From contig JABJOE010000007.1 in assembly GCA_018664485.1 (NCBI GenBank), forward strand, positions 68,353 through 132,352: 64,000 nt of DNA, given 5' to 3'. Shown here piece after piece: positions 18,527-29,899 of the stretch. Source of the stretch: Candidatus Uhrbacteria bacterium. GTDB lineage: Bacteria > Patescibacteriota > Patescibacteriia > UBA9934. The notes beneath the pieces were generated by a model. That model did not search any database. It saw only the letters and a program-made list of their open reading frames with translations, and was not told the origin of the DNA. The translations under genes were made by a program, and so were the position numbers. How positions within the stretch are numbered: position 1 is the stretch's first letter; each line of letters starts with the position of its first letter.

Positions 18527-21500
18527 CTACGGCGTAACGTAAATATAACCATCATAATACACCCATGGATCATAGCCCGTGGCACCGTCAGGATACCGTT
18601 CGAAGTTACAGGAATAATTACTTACCTGAGCTCCAGCTACACTCTCATCAAAACAACCTTCATCGTCATCACAGATTCCAGTACACCATCCCCAGTTATC
18701 ACGAACATGTACTTTCGGCTGATACACACATGAAATTTCATCATATGTACATGGACTTACCTCTAAGTCGTTTCGATCATTCTCCGTACAGGTTGGTAAA
18801 TCTTCTGGAGCCCAGCACCTATAAGTGTGGGAATAGTTGAATTCATTAGGATCGCAAGTGTTACTAGTCAATCCCCATGCAGTATCTAGATCACACTTAG
18901 ATAGGGTACTCGTGTCATCAGATCCATCATCTTCACCATCCTGCAGACCGCGGTGGTTTTTATAATAGTTAGCTGCATCATCTGATCCAGATGTATCTCC
19001 ATCACCCCAGTCCACAATGATTCTACGTATTGGCAATTGATTCTTGTCTGCTGCTGCAAAGAATTTTAATGTTGCTCGGTAATAACCTCCCTCAGCCTCT
19101 ATATCTCCTTCATTTGTACTGTTAACTGTTAGTGCATCATCCTCATCCTCGTGACAATATTTCGTTCCACAATCCTCAGTATCCACTGACCAGACAGTAG
19201 GCGCCGATCCATATGTCTCACGCACATCACTTCCTGCGTCGTCACCTATATAATCACTTAGTGTTGTACCAGAAGCTCCTAGCTCCGTATCTTCATCCGC
19301 ACCATCACAATCCCCGTCACATACCTCAACGTATGACCCTTCAATAGTGTCATAATCCCCTATTTCTTGCTCTGGACCCTCCCAGTACCAAACACCTTCA
19401 AAATTAGCAAAGATTGAATTCATGCGGGTAATAACGGTACTCACACTATCACTCGTATCCCAACCGATGCTTGAGAGATCAAATGCAGGACCATTCAACT
19501 GAACAGTAAAGTCTGCATACGATCTAGCACTTGGGTCATCAGAATCCGTACTGTACGTATAGTCACGAGCGCTACATTCGCTACCAGCACCCGTTGAAGG
19601 TACCAACTCATAACAATCTCCAGTTCCGGTACCAGCATCCTCACAACAAGCAGGAATACGTACTGGAGCTAATCCAACCGGCGTACCATCGTCATCGTCC
19701 AAATCTACAGGATCTATGGAGGCACCATAAGGACCAGGTGAACTTTCTAGATCGTAACCAAGAGTAGAGATAGTTGTATCATAATTCGTTGACCACAATC
19801 GATCAGTCCAAGCAGCATTCTCACCAGGTCCGTTAGAAGTTTTAATGATCACCGTACAAGCCGGATATTTAAGAGGGTTGAGATACGCTTGGTAAAAACC
19901 ATCCCCGCCATCTGTACAACTTGTATTGCTAGAACATCCGCTCTGATATCTTAGATTGTCATACGTATCATTATCTGTATCACGTGGAACTCCCGGAATA
20001 GCACAGCGCTTCGCCTCATCAGCTACCACGTCAAAATTACCATTTAATGCATACACCCTATTAGTATGCCCATCATAATTCGCACTCCTTGTGTCATACG
20101 AAGGACTTACACCGGCGCGGTCAATAATACTATCAATATCACATTCACCTCCCGTATCAATATCTTGCGATCCATACGGTACACATACATAAGGGCAATC
20201 GTTCGCTCCTCCATGGTCACACTGCTCAGCATAGTTACCACTTCCATCAAAACTTTTCTCACACTTACCCATAAGTGCGAAATACCCATCATTACAAACT
20301 GCATTATCATCACAGTTCAAGTAGTTCTCACTACTTCTACTTCTACAAACTTGATTACCGTGTGTTTCGGCACAAGAAATAGACTCTGTTGAATATCCAG
20401 ATACCGACTGAGTAAATCCATGTTGAGTAGAGTTACTTGTATAGAAGTCCATGTATAGCTGAGTGTACCCACAATAGTAAACCTCCTCGGTATACCCTGC
20501 CCCTGAATACTTCGCATACAAGTCAGTCGCACCAGATACCTGATCAACCGGGAACCATGTCACACACGCACCCAGAACTTCATCTCCATTAATGTTCATT
20601 CCTGTGTCGCGCTCCAAGCAATATCCTTCGAGTCCGAAGAAGTCCTGAGATCTCGTTATCTTGTCACAGTTTCCAATATGACCATCTGCTCCGTAAGATC
20701 CATCTGACACAAATGAATCATCATAGTATCGGCAGTCATCATCGTCCCCACATAGCGCTCCGGCAACCGGTGAATCGGAAGAACAAACACCATTAACATT
20801 TATATCGCCTAGATCTGTTTCGTACGCTACGAATTGATCTCCGGATGTTTGGGTACCGACTCGAACATATGAACATTCACATGTTTCACCCGGCGCACAG
20901 GTTTGCGCAGACGAGAACCCTGCCTTCCAAGATGACGGAAGCATTCCTCCATAATAGTTGTCTGTACCAATAGTTTCGCCGTCAGCCGCGATGTCATCCA
21001 ATGTTAGTTGCTCTTCGGTTGTTTCAAGATCTACTACAGTACCACCACTCGCTGTAGTAGTCGCTGTTGAATCATCAGTATGTGATCCATATCCAAGATA
21101 AGACCACTCTGTCACCACATCAATTGTAAACGGACTGTCAGCTTCTGGTTGCGCTCGGCAATATGCATCTTCCGTTACCTCTGAGTCGAATTGGTTTCCG
21201 TTCACCGCCAAGAAGCATGTTCCGCCATAACATGACCCTTCTTTCGCAGCAGCTGATCCGAAACATGTGGATTCTTCATCCTCGCATGTAAAACTAGTAT
21301 TACAATTACCTGTTTCATCCACACATGACCCGGCAAGACAAATATCAGTTCCACTACAGTCGTCATCTTCTTCGCATGTATCGGTTGACACTGTGTAACA
21401 GACTCCCGTAATACACGAATCGCCATCGATTTCACAGTCATCGCTTTCGGCACATGCAGATCCGGTGCTTTCACAATACCCAACGGTACAATCCTCTGAA

Positions 21501-24500
21501 TAATCTTCAGAACAGTTTCCGGCAGAGTATCCGATTTGGTAATCATTATCGCTTGTAAGTACACATCTTCCAGTATCCGTACTACCACCACTCTGACAGT
21601 ATGAGTCGTCTTCGCATGGTAGGCCGTGGTAAGTCTCCCATGGCAAATCATCTTCAGTATACTCATTACTCATGTCACAGAATCCTGCAGGTGGCGCTAC
21701 ATTCACCTGCGTTAAGTGCTGAATTGGGAAAATGTCTGGCACTGCATAACCTGAATACTCCTCTCCATACCAAGACACATCACGCGAAACATAGCGATCT
21801 GTATCAAACACGACAGCTGGATCGTTTGGATCCCACTCACTACACAATGAAGCGCTTGAGCTTCCGCCGTATTCTGTACACAAATCAATTCCGTCACAAA
21901 TAGTTCGATACTTTCCGGCATCTCCATCCCAAATAGTGTAGGAAGAAGAGCACGCAAGCCACTCAGAGCATGTACGGTCACGAGTAACCTTTAATACACG
22001 GTTTGAATCATTCTCAAGTCGATCGGGTTCAATAGCGATATTGACTTCATCTGTAAAACAGAATCCCGCGCTACTGTCGCCAGTATCTGTGTCATATGCA
22101 GGACAGTCTGAGTTATCGATACATGACCCACCGTACTCATATGCATCCGTAAAGTCTGGGTAGTCGGCTAAATCAAAGTCGGAATAAAGGAAACCTTTGT
22201 ACCAAGCACATCGTTGATCACACAAATCGATCTCGGTACCATCTGGCGTTACCATCAATGACGTAGCTTCCGAAGTACAGTCAATCGGATCAACAAGTGC
22301 GAATGCGCGATCACCATGCAATTCGTCAGCACGAGCGGACGAGATATACGTTGCAGATGAGTTGTAATCAGACGCCGTATCTCCAGCATCGTTAAACAGA
22401 GCACAACCAAGCTTTTGGCTGACCTGTCCATTACATTGCTGTGAAGACAATAGGTTCGTCTCATCAAGCGATGCGTTATCTATATAGTAGTAAGATTCAC
22501 CGTCTGTTGTTCCGTAAAATTCGTCATCATCGAAATCTAGGCGATCTTGGAATTCGGTACATGCTGAGTACTCAGGCTCACAAAGCCCTACCCAGCTATC
22601 AAATTCATCATCACCATTTCGCCAGATTCCACTTTCAGTTCCACCGACCAGGTATGTACCTGTGTCGACAGAACACTCTCCGTAACTTGTATTAGTAGTA
22701 GTATCGTAACAATCTGCGTCTGATGAACATGAAACTTCATCTGACCCATCAAGCTCTGCACAAACACCTGTTCCATAACAGAACTCGTTCGTACCATCTC
22801 GGAACCAACCGTCATACAACTCTCCATCAACCGTAATACTCGTCTTATATTCACAAGTATGTCCACCTGGGTTCTTGAAGTACCAAGTACCTTCAGATCC
22901 GGCATTCCATTCCTGACAGAACAATTCATCTTCTTCACAAAGAATGTCATCGTAACTATCTGGATCATTCATGAGGTATACAGTCTCCCAGCTATCTACA
23001 ACCGAAAGGTCTGCGCTAAACACCGGCTGTCCCAACTCCTCACAACCGTTATCTGCAGAGTTACATCGCACGGCATCTGTGACGATAGCGTAGATATCAC
23101 GATCAGCCTCAACTACCGTCGCATCTGGACCGTAATCTAGATGGAACATGTGAGCTTGTGTATCTAATAGATTCTCTGGAATGAACCAGTCTTCGAAATC
23201 GAACTCACAACTATCATCTCCGGCAATAATCGTACACAAAGCGGGAGATTCTTCATCGAATCCCTGACCGTCGTCGTCTATAAATAGATAACAACTTGTT
23301 CGCTCGTCACTCGTTGTAGGACTCTCCCAGTTTGTACCGTTACAATCCGAAGCCGATGAACATGCATCTCGTGATTCGCTACATAGCCCTGAATCACATG
23401 TCTCTACCTCATCAATATTGTTACACGTTGCATTGTATACAGTTATACCAGGCTCTTCTGACTCATTTGTCTGGTAGTACGCGTCACAACCAACCTTATC
23501 TTCATCACATAAAGTGCTGAAGGACTTCAAGTAAACAGTTTCAAAATCATGATCAGTGTACTCCTTACAACCAAGATGATATTGCGCAGACAATTCACCG
23601 TCTAGATTTTCATCACAAGATGCAGGAGTTACCCATGAATCTTTGATAACCGTAATATTGTCCTCCCCTTCTCGGAGAGTAACGTTGTCGATATAGAATG
23701 TTGATCCTGACGTTTCCGGCATGAATACCAACGATGTACCGTTTCCAAATTCTTCGTAGTCATCCTCGGTCATGTCGAGAGGTCCAACTGTATAGTGCTG
23801 CCAACCACTTTCAAGGTCGACATATGTTACCGCCTGACAATCGCTGTCGAGTGAACATGTAGTCGTACCGTCTGCAGAACACAAGCTGTCGCTACATACA
23901 GATCCGAATTCAGCCTCAAGTGCAATCGATGTTGAATCAAACTCCGTATCGAAACCAACGCTCAAGTCAGTAGTTCCCTTAGCCCAGAAGCTCAAGGTAT
24001 ACGTCTTTCCAGTAAAGAGCTGGTTATTCAACGTTCCACAGTAAGTATCTCCTTCGTCAACCGTACATTCACCTCCCAAGATGGATCCTGAGCTATCACA
24101 ACCTCCGTCAGTTGTACATTCAGCGGAACCGTATACATAAGTCCAAATATCCAAACCATCTGACCGGATTGAATGACCGTCTGTTGCGACTGATTCATTT
24201 GAAAGTAGTACGGATGTAGCGCTTGATGATTCCCAATCGGCAATCGTTCCACTTTCGAACAAATCCTTAAGTGCTACACGGCTATTTCCAGAGCTTCCAC
24301 CAGTATATTGGCGACAACCAGATTCTGTCTCCGAACACACAGTACTTTCTTCGCTATATCCAAAGTATCGGCATTCACCGTTGTCGTCATCGAAGAACCC
24401 ACCAGAACCATTACAGTTATCTTCTTGCTCGGAAGCGTCGTCGCCAACAATGTCAGTCTTTCGATACGCAACACAAGCGTTATTCACAGTTACAGTATCT

Positions 24501-27500
24501 GACCACTGACGGAAGTGAATTTCACCGTCAACATCGTAGAATTCTCGACAGTCTGGATTTTCAATAATATCAGCGTGAGAATCACAATCTTCAGTATCAG
24601 AATCTAGAGCACTGTCACCATCACTGTCATCGATACACTCTAAAGTCTCACCGTCAGTTGTTTCAGCCTGCCAAGTTGTACAAGGCGCAGCACCAGGGGC
24701 GTCATCTACTTCAGTGGAACCTGCATGCGTTATATCTGAATAACTATCCAAATCAGACTCTAGAAGCTCCCAAGTTCTCAACTGGTAACCTTCTTCATCT
24801 GATCCTTCCCATGTGTAGAAAGTAGCAGCACCATCGCTATCATCTGCCTGCTCTTCTGTGATACAAGCGCGCAAATATGTGTAATATTCTTTTCCTTCTG
24901 TAACTAAGTTTGTAAATTCGTCACAACCAACCGCATCTTCACTACATTGATCGGCGGTCTCTGGAATAAAGTAGATTGGGAACGCTCCGTCTGGCTCATA
25001 CAATGTCTCCTCCTGACGGAATGTGTCATACCCGGAACATTCTGACGGACATTCATCCAATTCAGTAACAACTGCTGTAACACCAGGATCTCCATTTGCC
25101 GGAGTGTAAAGCGTACAACCAGCTTCCTGCTCAGTACAAATTCCGGCATAGTCAGCACATTCGTCTGGATCACTCGCAGAACCGGTACATCCAAGGTAAG
25201 CCGGCGGCAAGATAACGGAATCAGTAGTGTAGTTACCTGTGTTGTATCCAGCATGATAAGACGATGCGTCTTCAGCCTGTTCTATTTGAACATCATCGAT
25301 CCAAACATCCGCACCTGAGAAACTTGTGATTGCGTAAATGTCTAAAGTTTTATCAGTAAGAATAGGTGTAGTGAACGTACACTCGAACCGTTCATATGAA
25401 GTTGAGTCTGGAATAGCGGTAGTATCTTCAATCAAAATTGATTCATACGTTGTACCGTCAGTATCAATGTCGGCAATACTACAGTCCCCTCTATAGCTCG
25501 TACCACTCAACTGAACCTGAGTACCATTTTCATCAGTAAGCCATACATACGCGTCAACACCGTTTGTATTCGCACTATCAGTCTGTGCTGCGTAGAAACT
25601 GAATGAATAGAACCTGCTTTGCTGAAGCGTTGTTCCATATTTGTAGAAACTACCAGAAGCACCTGGGCTAATTGCCGCATCTCCAGTACGTCCTACGTCG
25701 TTTTCTGTGTCATATGTGGCATCACTCAAAATCCATGTATCTGGCCACTCATCACTATTTGCATCCGTTTCAAAACCACCGTTTGTCATCATGTTAAGCC
25801 GAAGATCATCAGTACGTTCAATCACCTCTGAACATCCGCCAGAACCTTCGCTACATGTCTCAACATTAGCATTGAAGTAAATTCTATCCTTATAGACGTC
25901 TTCATCCTCATCTTCAGCCTCAACGCTAGGAATGGAAGGCCAGTCATATACATCTTCAGAATCAAGCTCCTTTACCGTCTCATACCAAGTACAACCCTGG
26001 TTATTAACGCTACAGTCTCCGTAATCTAAAGTATTTGTAAGGAAATCAACAGGAACATCGTCTACATCGGTAAACGACAAACAACTAGCGTACTGCTCAG
26101 GGCATTCATCCCCTCGGAAGCGCCAAATGTTTTTCTCACGTACACAATACCCATATCCACCAGTACAGTTTCCGTAAGCATCTTCTTGAACACAACTCTC
26201 AATATCAACACATTCTTCAGCGCGATCAGCTGTACCAGCACTCTTTAGAGTTTGTCCGTAAGCCAATGTTCGACACTGTGTATCTGGGAACTTCAATACC
26301 CAATCAGGATCGATAAGGTGACACCATGGGTGCTCATCATCCAATTCCCCATCGCTATTACACTGATGGAATCCATCCATGACCTCCTGAAGTGTAATCG
26401 GATCTGATTCAGAGTTTGCTGGTGATTCTACCGCTAGCTCCCAACCAGTTGAAATAACACGCGCGCGACGCATCTTTACTATATTGGAATGACAGAAACC
26501 GTAGGTGTAACATTTAGAATCTTGATCTCGAGCCGAATCTGCAGCCGAAATAAGTGGCCAGCCGCCATCGATGTAACCCTCTTCAACAGCCTCAATAAGT
26601 GTTAGCGGGGATCCGGCGTCAGCACGAGCAACGGCTGATGCAAACGACGTATCTATAGCACAGTTAAACAGCCCTGGTTGACTTCCGCGGAATGTAGCAG
26701 GACATGTTGAAAGTTCGGATAGTAATGAATAGTCCGTAATACTCAGAGGTCGGAAAGATAGAATATCCGAAAACTGCTCAGCAATTCGAGATGAATCGTA
26801 AGAAGAAGTTCCATCTGAATCAAACGGATCGTAATCAGAAGAATACTCAGGATAGCTTACCACCTCGTCAAAAAGACCTCCACGCCATCGACCCATTAAA
26901 GTCGTGATCAAAGTGTTTGTGAATATCGAAGCAGCACTTGATCCAATTCCAATAAGTGCCTCTGAGTTACTAAGCAACCCTATCGATATATCAGTTGGTA
27001 GAGTTTTTGCTGCGAACAATGATTGATACAGATCCGAAGACACAAATGACTGCGGCGTCAGTCGCGCTCCAGTAATCGGATCTACAACAGGCTTAAACCC
27101 ATCTGCTTCAGTATTTTCTTCAGCGCCAACAGTCGCCTCTTCAGCCGCTTGCTCAGTTGAAGTCATCAGGATTTCAAGTCCAGCTCCGATTTCGCTCACA
27201 CTTGGATCAAACCCTTCTGAAATAACGGAAAGAATCGCTACCGTCTTCTCCTCTGCTGTAATTTCTGAATCAAGAGAAAGTGTTGCAAGATAACCTTCGA
27301 AGTTTTTAGAAACCTCTGGAAAGTCACTCTCAGGAACTGCTGACTGTTGAGTTGATCTCAAACCAAGACGCATCGCCTGCAAGATATCTTCGTCATCCGT
27401 AAGATAGACTCCAAAATCCGGAAGAATACCACCGCTTGTAATATTATCAGGCACAATCCCATTAACTAGCTCGGCAACCACACCAGCCGCCAGATTGTCC

Positions 27501-27823
27501 ATGTAATCCTGCGTTGGTAGAGAGTTGTAGAGTGGGGCACCAGCATTTCCACCAGTTCCAACCCAAAGCGCTGACTCATAGGCAAACTTATTTGCCATGT
27601 AGCTAAGCAAGTTCAAAAGCGCCGCTGTAAGTGCCGCAATAAGCGCCTGCTTAATCACTGCCTTAACATTATCAACGATAACCTTTGCAGCATCACTTGC
27701 CACAACGTCTGGAGACAACGCATATACCGGCTTTGGAATACCGGCTACAAGTACAAAATTGAAAATCAGCGCTACAAGTATGAAGGCTGAACCAAGTCTA
27801 GATTTAAATCCTTTAGGAATCAT
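18527..27823 (-). CDS. Giant Cys-rich, acidic surface protein with CBM-like and PKD-like modules
   Basis: 3098-aa ORF; N-terminal signal and hydrophobic helix; many C-x(4-6)-C modules; NGGFE..FSFYA..IDDVQ and LSFWAKG..IDNVTL segments; IVDWGDG..HTY..VRDNWG at C-terminus. Confidence 0.9.
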   Translation of the reverse strand: MIPKGFKSRLGSAFILVALIFNFVLVAGIPKPVYALSPDVVASDAAKVIVDNVKAVIKQALIAALTAALLNLLSYMANKFAYESALWVGTGGNAGAPLYNSLPTQDYMDNLAAGVVAELVNGIVPDNITSGGILPDFGVYLTDDEDILQAMRLGLRSTQQSAVPESDFPEVSKNFEGYLATLSLDSEITAEEKTVAILSVISEGFDPSVSEIGAGLEILMTSTEQAAEEATVGAEENTEADGFKPVVDPITGARLTPQSFVSSDLYQSLFAAKTLPTDISIGLLSNSEALIGIGSSAASIFTNTLITTLMGRWRGGLFDEVVSYPEYSSDYDPFDSDGTSSYDSSRIAEQFSDILSFRPLSITDYSLLSELSTCPATFRGSQPGLFNCAIDTSFASAVARADAGSPLTLIEAVEEGYIDGGWPLISAADSARDQDSKCYTYGFCHSNIVKMRRARVISTGWELAVESPANSESDPITLQEVMDGFHQCNSDGELDDEHPWCHLIDPDWVLKFPDTQCRTLAYGQTLKSAGTADRAEECVDIESCVQEDAYGNCTGGYGYCVREKNIWRFRGDECPEQYASCLSFTDVDDVPVDFLTNTLDYGDCSVNNQGCTWYETVKELDSEDVYDWPSIPSVEAEDEDEDVYKDRIYFNANVETCSEGSGGCSEVIERTDDLRLNMMTNGGFETDANSDEWPDTWILSDATYDTENDVGRTGDAAISPGASGSFYKYGTTLQQSRFYSFSFYAAQTDSANTNGVDAYVWLTDENGTQVQLSGTSYRGDCSIADIDTDGTTYESILIEDTTAIPDSTSYERFECTFTTPILTDKTLDIYAITSFSGADVWIDDVQIEQAEDASSYHAGYNTGNYTTDSVILPPAYLGCTGSASDPDECADYAGICTEQEAGCTLYTPANGDPGVTAVVTELDECPSECSGYDTFRQEETLYEPDGAFPIYFIPETADQCSEDAVGCDEFTNLVTEGKEYYTYLRACITEEQADDSDGAATFYTWEGSDEEGYQLRTWELLESDLDSYSDITHAGSTEVDDAPGAAPCTTWQAETTDGETLECIDDSDGDSALDSDTEDCDSHADIIENPDCREFYDVDGEIHFRQWSDTVTVNNACVAYRKTDIVGDDASEQEDNCNGSGGFFDDDNGECRYFGYSEESTVCSETESGCRQYTGGSSGNSRVALKDLFESGTIADWESSSATSVLLSNESVATDGHSIRSDGLDIWTYVYGSAECTTDGGCDSSGSILGGECTVDEGDTYCGTLNNQLFTGKTYTLSFWAKGTTDLSVGFDTEFDSTSIALEAEFGSVCSDSLCSADGTTTCSLDSDCQAVTYVDLESGWQHYTVGPLDMTEDDYEEFGNGTSLVFMPETSGSTFYIDNVTLREGEDNITVIKDSWVTPASCDENLDGELSAQYHLGCKEYTDHDFETVYLKSFSTLCDEDKVGCDAYYQTNESEEPGITVYNATCNNIDEVETCDSGLCSESRDACSSASDCNGTNWESPTTSDERTSCYLFIDDDGQGFDEESPALCTIIAGDDSCEFDFEDWFIPENLLDTQAHMFHLDYGPDATVVEADRDIYAIVTDAVRCNSADNGCEELGQPVFSADLSVVDSWETVYLMNDPDSYDDILCEEDELFCQEWNAGSEGTWYFKNPGGHTCEYKTSITVDGELYDGWFRDGTNEFCYGTGVCAELDGSDEVSCSSDADCYDTTTNTSYGECSVDTGTYLVGGTESGIWRNGDDEFDSWVGLCEPEYSACTEFQDRLDFDDDEFYGTTDGESYYYIDNASLDETNLLSSQQCNGQVSQKLGCALFNDAGDTASDYNSSATYISSARADELHGDRAFALVDPIDCTSEATSLMVTPDGTEIDLCDQRCAWYKGFLYSDFDLADYPDFTDAYEYGGSCIDNSDCPAYDTDTGDSSAGFCFTDEVNIAIEPDRLENDSNRVLKVTRDRTCSEWLACSSSYTIWDGDAGKYRTICDGIDLCTEYGGSSSASLCSEWDPNDPAVVFDTDRYVSRDVSWYGEEYSGYAVPDIFPIQHLTQVNVAPPAGFCDMSNEYTEDDLPWETYHGLPCEDDSYCQSGGSTDTGRCVLTSDNDYQIGYSAGNCSEDYSEDCTVGYCESTGSACAESDDCEIDGDSCITGVCYTVSTDTCEEDDDCSGTDICLAGSCVDETGNCNTSFTCEDEESTCFGSAAAKEGSCYGGTCFLAVNGNQFDSEVTEDAYCRAQPEADSPFTIDVVTEWSYLGYGSHTDDSTATTTASGGTVVDLETTEEQLTLDDIAADGETIGTDNYYGGMLPSSWKAGFSSAQTCAPGETCECSYVRVGTQTSGDQFVAYETDLGDINVNGVCSSDSPVAGALCGDDDDCRYYDDSFVSDGSYGADGHIGNCDKITRSQDFFGLEGYCLERDTGMNINGDEVLGACVTWFPVDQVSGATDLYAKYSGAGYTEEVYYCGYTQLYMDFYTSNSTQHGFTQSVSGYSTESISCAETHGNQVCRSRSSENYLNCDDNAVCNDGYFALMGKCEKSFDGSGNYAEQCDHGGANDCPYVCVPYGSQDIDTGGECDIDSIIDRAGVSPSYDTRSANYDGHTNRVYALNGNFDVVADEAKRCAIPGVPRDTDNDTYDNLRYQSGCSSNTSCTDGGDGFYQAYLNPLKYPACTVIIKTSNGPGENAAWTDRLWSTNYDTTISTLGYDLESSPGPYGASIDPVDLDDDDGTPVGLAPVRIPACCEDAGTGTGDCYELVPSTGAGSECSARDYTYSTDSDDPSARSYADFTVQLNGPAFDLSSIGWDTSDSVSTVITRMNSIFANFEGVWYWEGPEQEIGDYDTIEGSYVEVCDGDCDGADEDTELGASGTTLSDYIGDDAGSDVRETYGSAPTVWSVDTEDCGTKYCHEDEDDALTVNSTNEGDIEAEGGYYRATLKFFAAADKNQLPIRRIIVDWGDGDTSGSDDAANYYKNHRGLQDGEDDGSDDTSTLSKCDLDTAWGLTSNTCDPNEFNYSHTYRCWAPEDLPTCTENDRNDLEVSPCTYDEISCVYQPKVHVRDNWGWCTGICDDDEGCFDESVAGAQVSNYSCNFERYPDGATGYDPWVYYDGYIYVTP

Positions 27824-27845
27824 GTGATAATCGTAAGAAAAGTAC

Positions 27846-28520
27846 TTATTCTGCTTCGGCTATATCAATAGTTTCTTCAACAATAGCGTCAATCTCTCCG
27901 GATTCTTCCAAGTCGCCCAATACGGAATCATACAATGACTGCAAATCTTCATCAGAAATTTCAGAAAGCTGTTCTTCAGTTGCTCCAGCTTCTATCAAGA
28001 GACCGCGGATGTCATCAGGACCGAAATCTTTCAAAGCATCCGTTATGTCCTCCACCGCTTGTCCGTCTGTAGAGATAGAATCTAGATATGCAGACAAAGC
28101 TTCATTTTCAAGTCCAACTATCGAGTACTCATCTTCGCAGCGTCCACCCGCAGCACATGTCGGATCGGTACCTGCTTGAAGTTCTGTAAAATCGTTATCG
28201 CCGTCGCCATCTGTGTCAGCCAAGTACATGCTCGTTCCAAAGATGTAGAGCTCATCGTAGTCAGAAAGTAAATCACCGTCTGTATCTGATACTCTCTGGT
28301 CGGCGATCTCCTCTTCCCGTGCTTGATCTGAAGTTACAAACCGCTCACCCTCGTACTGAATATTAAAAGGATCAGACAGATGGTCGAAAAGATAAACAAC
28401 TCCCAAGATAATAGCGAGGAAGCCGCTTGCTACAACCAGAAAAAATCCAGCCCGTTGCTCACGTGTGAACGAAGGCTTTGTTTTTCTAATCTTTACGCGA
28501 TTGTCATGCACTTCAGGCAT
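27846..28520 (-). CDS. Single-TM protein with DxDGD Ca-binding (TSP3-like) repeats
   Basis: DTDGDLLSDYDE, DTDGDGDNDFTE..GTDP. Confidence 0.8.
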   Translation of the reverse strand: MPEVHDNRVKIRKTKPSFTREQRAGFFLVVASGFLAIILGVVYLFDHLSDPFNIQYEGERFVTSDQAREEEIADQRVSDTDGDLLSDYDELYIFGTSMYLADTDGDGDNDFTELQAGTDPTCAAGGRCEDEYSIVGLENEALSAYLDSISTDGQAVEDITDALKDFGPDDIRGLLIEAGATEEQLSEISDEDLQSLYDSVLGDLEESGEIDAIVEETIDIAEAE

Positions 28521-28559
28521 GCGACGAGCGATGCTCAAAAATAATTCTGCTCGCTCAAA

Positions 28560-29318
28560 TTATAACACAAAGTTCGATAACTCGACCCAATCGTCCACGG
28601 ACATATCTTGGGCACGAATATCCTCTCGAAGGTTAAGCTTGCTCAAAGCCTCCTTTACATCTTTAGAACTAGCTATTTTTGCTGCGTTTATATTTTTATG
28701 AAGCTGCTTTCTACGTGATCCAAAGCCAGCAGAGGCGAGAGCTATGACGCGCTCAGGGTCTTCCACGCGAGGATCGACGTCAATACGGATAACGCTCGAC
28801 ATAACATTAGGTGGCGGCTGGAATGAACCCGGTTTTACATTCATAACACGTGTCGGCGTGCCATAAAGTTGGATCGCGACAGACAACACGCTCATATCAG
28901 TTCCAGGTTTTGCCATCATCCTATCCCCCACTTCCTTCTGCACCATCACAACAACTCTCGTAGGACGTACAGTCGTGTTAAGAGCGTTCATAATGATAGC
29001 GTTTGCAGCATTGTATGGAAGGTTTCCAATCAATGTCCAAGGACCATCACCGACATGCTCTTTAAAATCCACCTGAGTTGCGTCGGCAAGTACAACGTTA
29101 GCTTTCGGAAATCGCTCATGCAGATCATCTATAAGGTCTTTGTCTGCTTCAACTAAAACAAGTCCATCCTGCGGAAGTTGCACTGTAAGCGCACCACGAC
29201 CTGGACCGACTTCAACGACAGTGTCACTATTGCCAATCTCAGCTGCAGCAACAATCTTCGCTACAAGCGATTCATCTTTTAAAAAATGTTGTCCGAAAGA
29301 CTTTTTAGCACCCTGCAT
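28560..29318 (-). CDS. rsmA: 16S rRNA dimethyltransferase RsmA/KsgA
   Basis: KKSFGQHFL, EVGPGRGALT, GNLPYN, MVQKEV, FQPPPNV. Confidence 0.96.
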   Translation of the reverse strand: MQGAKKSFGQHFLKDESLVAKIVAAAEIGNSDTVVEVGPGRGALTVQLPQDGLVLVEADKDLIDDLHERFPKANVVLADATQVDFKEHVGDGPWTLIGNLPYNAANAIIMNALNTTVRPTRVVVMVQKEVGDRMMAKPGTDMSVLSVAIQLYGTPTRVMNVKPGSFQPPPNVMSSVIRIDVDPRVEDPERVIALASAGFGSRRKQLHKNINAAKIASSKDVKEALSKLNLREDIRAQDMSVDDWVELSNFVL

Positions 29319-29319
29319 A

Positions 29320-29898
29320 TTATAATTCGATACTTCCCTGACGGATTATCTCAACGCCCTCCCCCGTTATCTTTACTATAGTAGACGCCGGATTACGTGT
29401 AAGTACGCCTGCATCGATATAAACATCCGCACCTAAACTGTCTTCGATCTGAGCACTGTCGTATATTGCCGGTTCTCCGAATTTATTGGCACTTGTTGCA
29501 ACTATAGGCCGTCCAAGTCCTGCAGCTATTGATGCGGCAACCGGATTTGAAGAAACACGGGCAGTCTGAGTTCCATCCTGCGTACACATCTGAGCTACTT
29601 GCGACCCTTCCGCTACCTCACCCACAATATTAAGTGGTCCCGGCCAGTGATCGCTCATCATTTTACGCATCTGATCAGTTACAACTAAGTACCTCTCAGC
29701 TGAATCTACATCTGGCAGCAATATAGGTGAACCCATATCTTCCGGGCGATTCTTTAATTCGTACACACGTTTAACCGCATCCGCATTCGTAGCATCACAA
29801 CCAATTCCATATGATGTCTCTGTCGGAAAAATCAAAATACCTCCTTCGTTTAAAAGAGATACTGCTTCTTCTACTTGATCTGGACCGAGTCGTTTCAT
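29320..29898 (-). CDS. tsaC: L-threonylcarbamoyladenylate synthase (TsaC/YrdC)
   Basis: FPTETSYGIG, KNRP, WPGPL, ATSAN, ASTIV. Confidence 0.93.
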   Translation of the reverse strand: MKRLGPDQVEEAVSLLNEGGILIFPTETSYGIGCDATNADAVKRVYELKNRPEDMGSPILLPDVDSAERYLVVTDQMRKMMSDHWPGPLNIVGEVAEGSQVAQMCTQDGTQTARVSSNPVAASIAAGLGRPIVATSANKFGEPAIYDSAQIEDSLGADVYIDAGVLTRNPASTIVKITGEGVEIIRQGSIEL

Positions 29899-29899
29899 A

